49,438 bases of DNA from Collinsella aerofaciens (GTDB taxonomy: Bacteria > Actinomycetota > Coriobacteriia > Coriobacteriales > Coriobacteriaceae): positions 1-49,438 of the forward strand of contig JAUUSS010000001.1 of the NCBI GenBank assembly GCA_030841765.1, given 5' to 3'. Shown piece by piece: positions 49,224-49,438 of the stretch; position 1 is the first letter of the stretch, and the number at the start of each line of letters is the position of its first letter. The translations under genes were made by a program, and so were the position numbers. The notes below the pieces were generated by a model, which saw only the letters and a program-made list of their open reading frames with translations, was not told where the DNA came from and ran no database searches.

Positions 49224-49379
49224 GCCCCCGCGGCCCGTTTCGGCCGCGGGGGCTTTTGCTATTTACCTAGTCCCCGATGAGACCCTCATTCTGTGGGTAG
49301 TCATTGGGGACGTTCTTAAACGACTAGTCATTTAAGTCTGTCCCCAATGACTGCGGAAACCCGGCACTTGGGGACGTTC
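49224..49379 (+). repeat. Right direct repeat: terminator + REP-like palindromes
   Basis: GCCCCCGCGG..CCGCGGGGGCTTTT; 38-bp identity (49293-49330 = 43459-43496); extra partial unit at 49368-49379. Confidence 0.88.
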
Positions 49380-49438
49380 CTTTTAATATGAGCAGGACAT
49401 TGTCAAGAGGCAAAATCGGGCCTGGCCCCAACGATATG

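Overview
High-GC bacterial chromosome window. Gene content and the fha-pstP-rodA-pbpA-pknB cluster suggest Actinomycetota, probably Coriobacteriia (Collinsella-like); this is an inference. (1) 240-18.4 kb is a decaying accessory carbohydrate region behind tRNA-Arg(CCT). It holds a frameshifted Fe-alcohol dehydrogenase, a mannose-family PTS + GH32 operon with a frameshifted IIC, and a LevR-like activator lacking GAFTGA. That activator is present as one intact and one internally deleted copy. The region also has fragments of dapA/dapH/lysA, and a fructoselysine (frlR-C-B-D) cluster with a YfcC transporter and an unusual amidohydrolase. (2) 18.5-28.6 kb is a Ser/Thr signalling and cell-wall operon with a single-chain RodA-PbpA fusion, a PP2C with a long N-terminal extension and a non-RD polytopic kinase. 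(3) dnaX-(inserted ORF)-ybaB-recR is followed by an uncharacterised three-gene module: membrane-anchored protein, Hanks kinase, and possible HTH-FHA protein. (4) PFOR, carbamate kinase, and a LicR/cellobiose-family PTS/GH1 cassette bracketed by ~140-150 bp direct repeats made of a terminator plus REP-like palindromes. No CRISPR array, integrase or transposase was seen. All calls come from motif recognition by eye; no searches were run.
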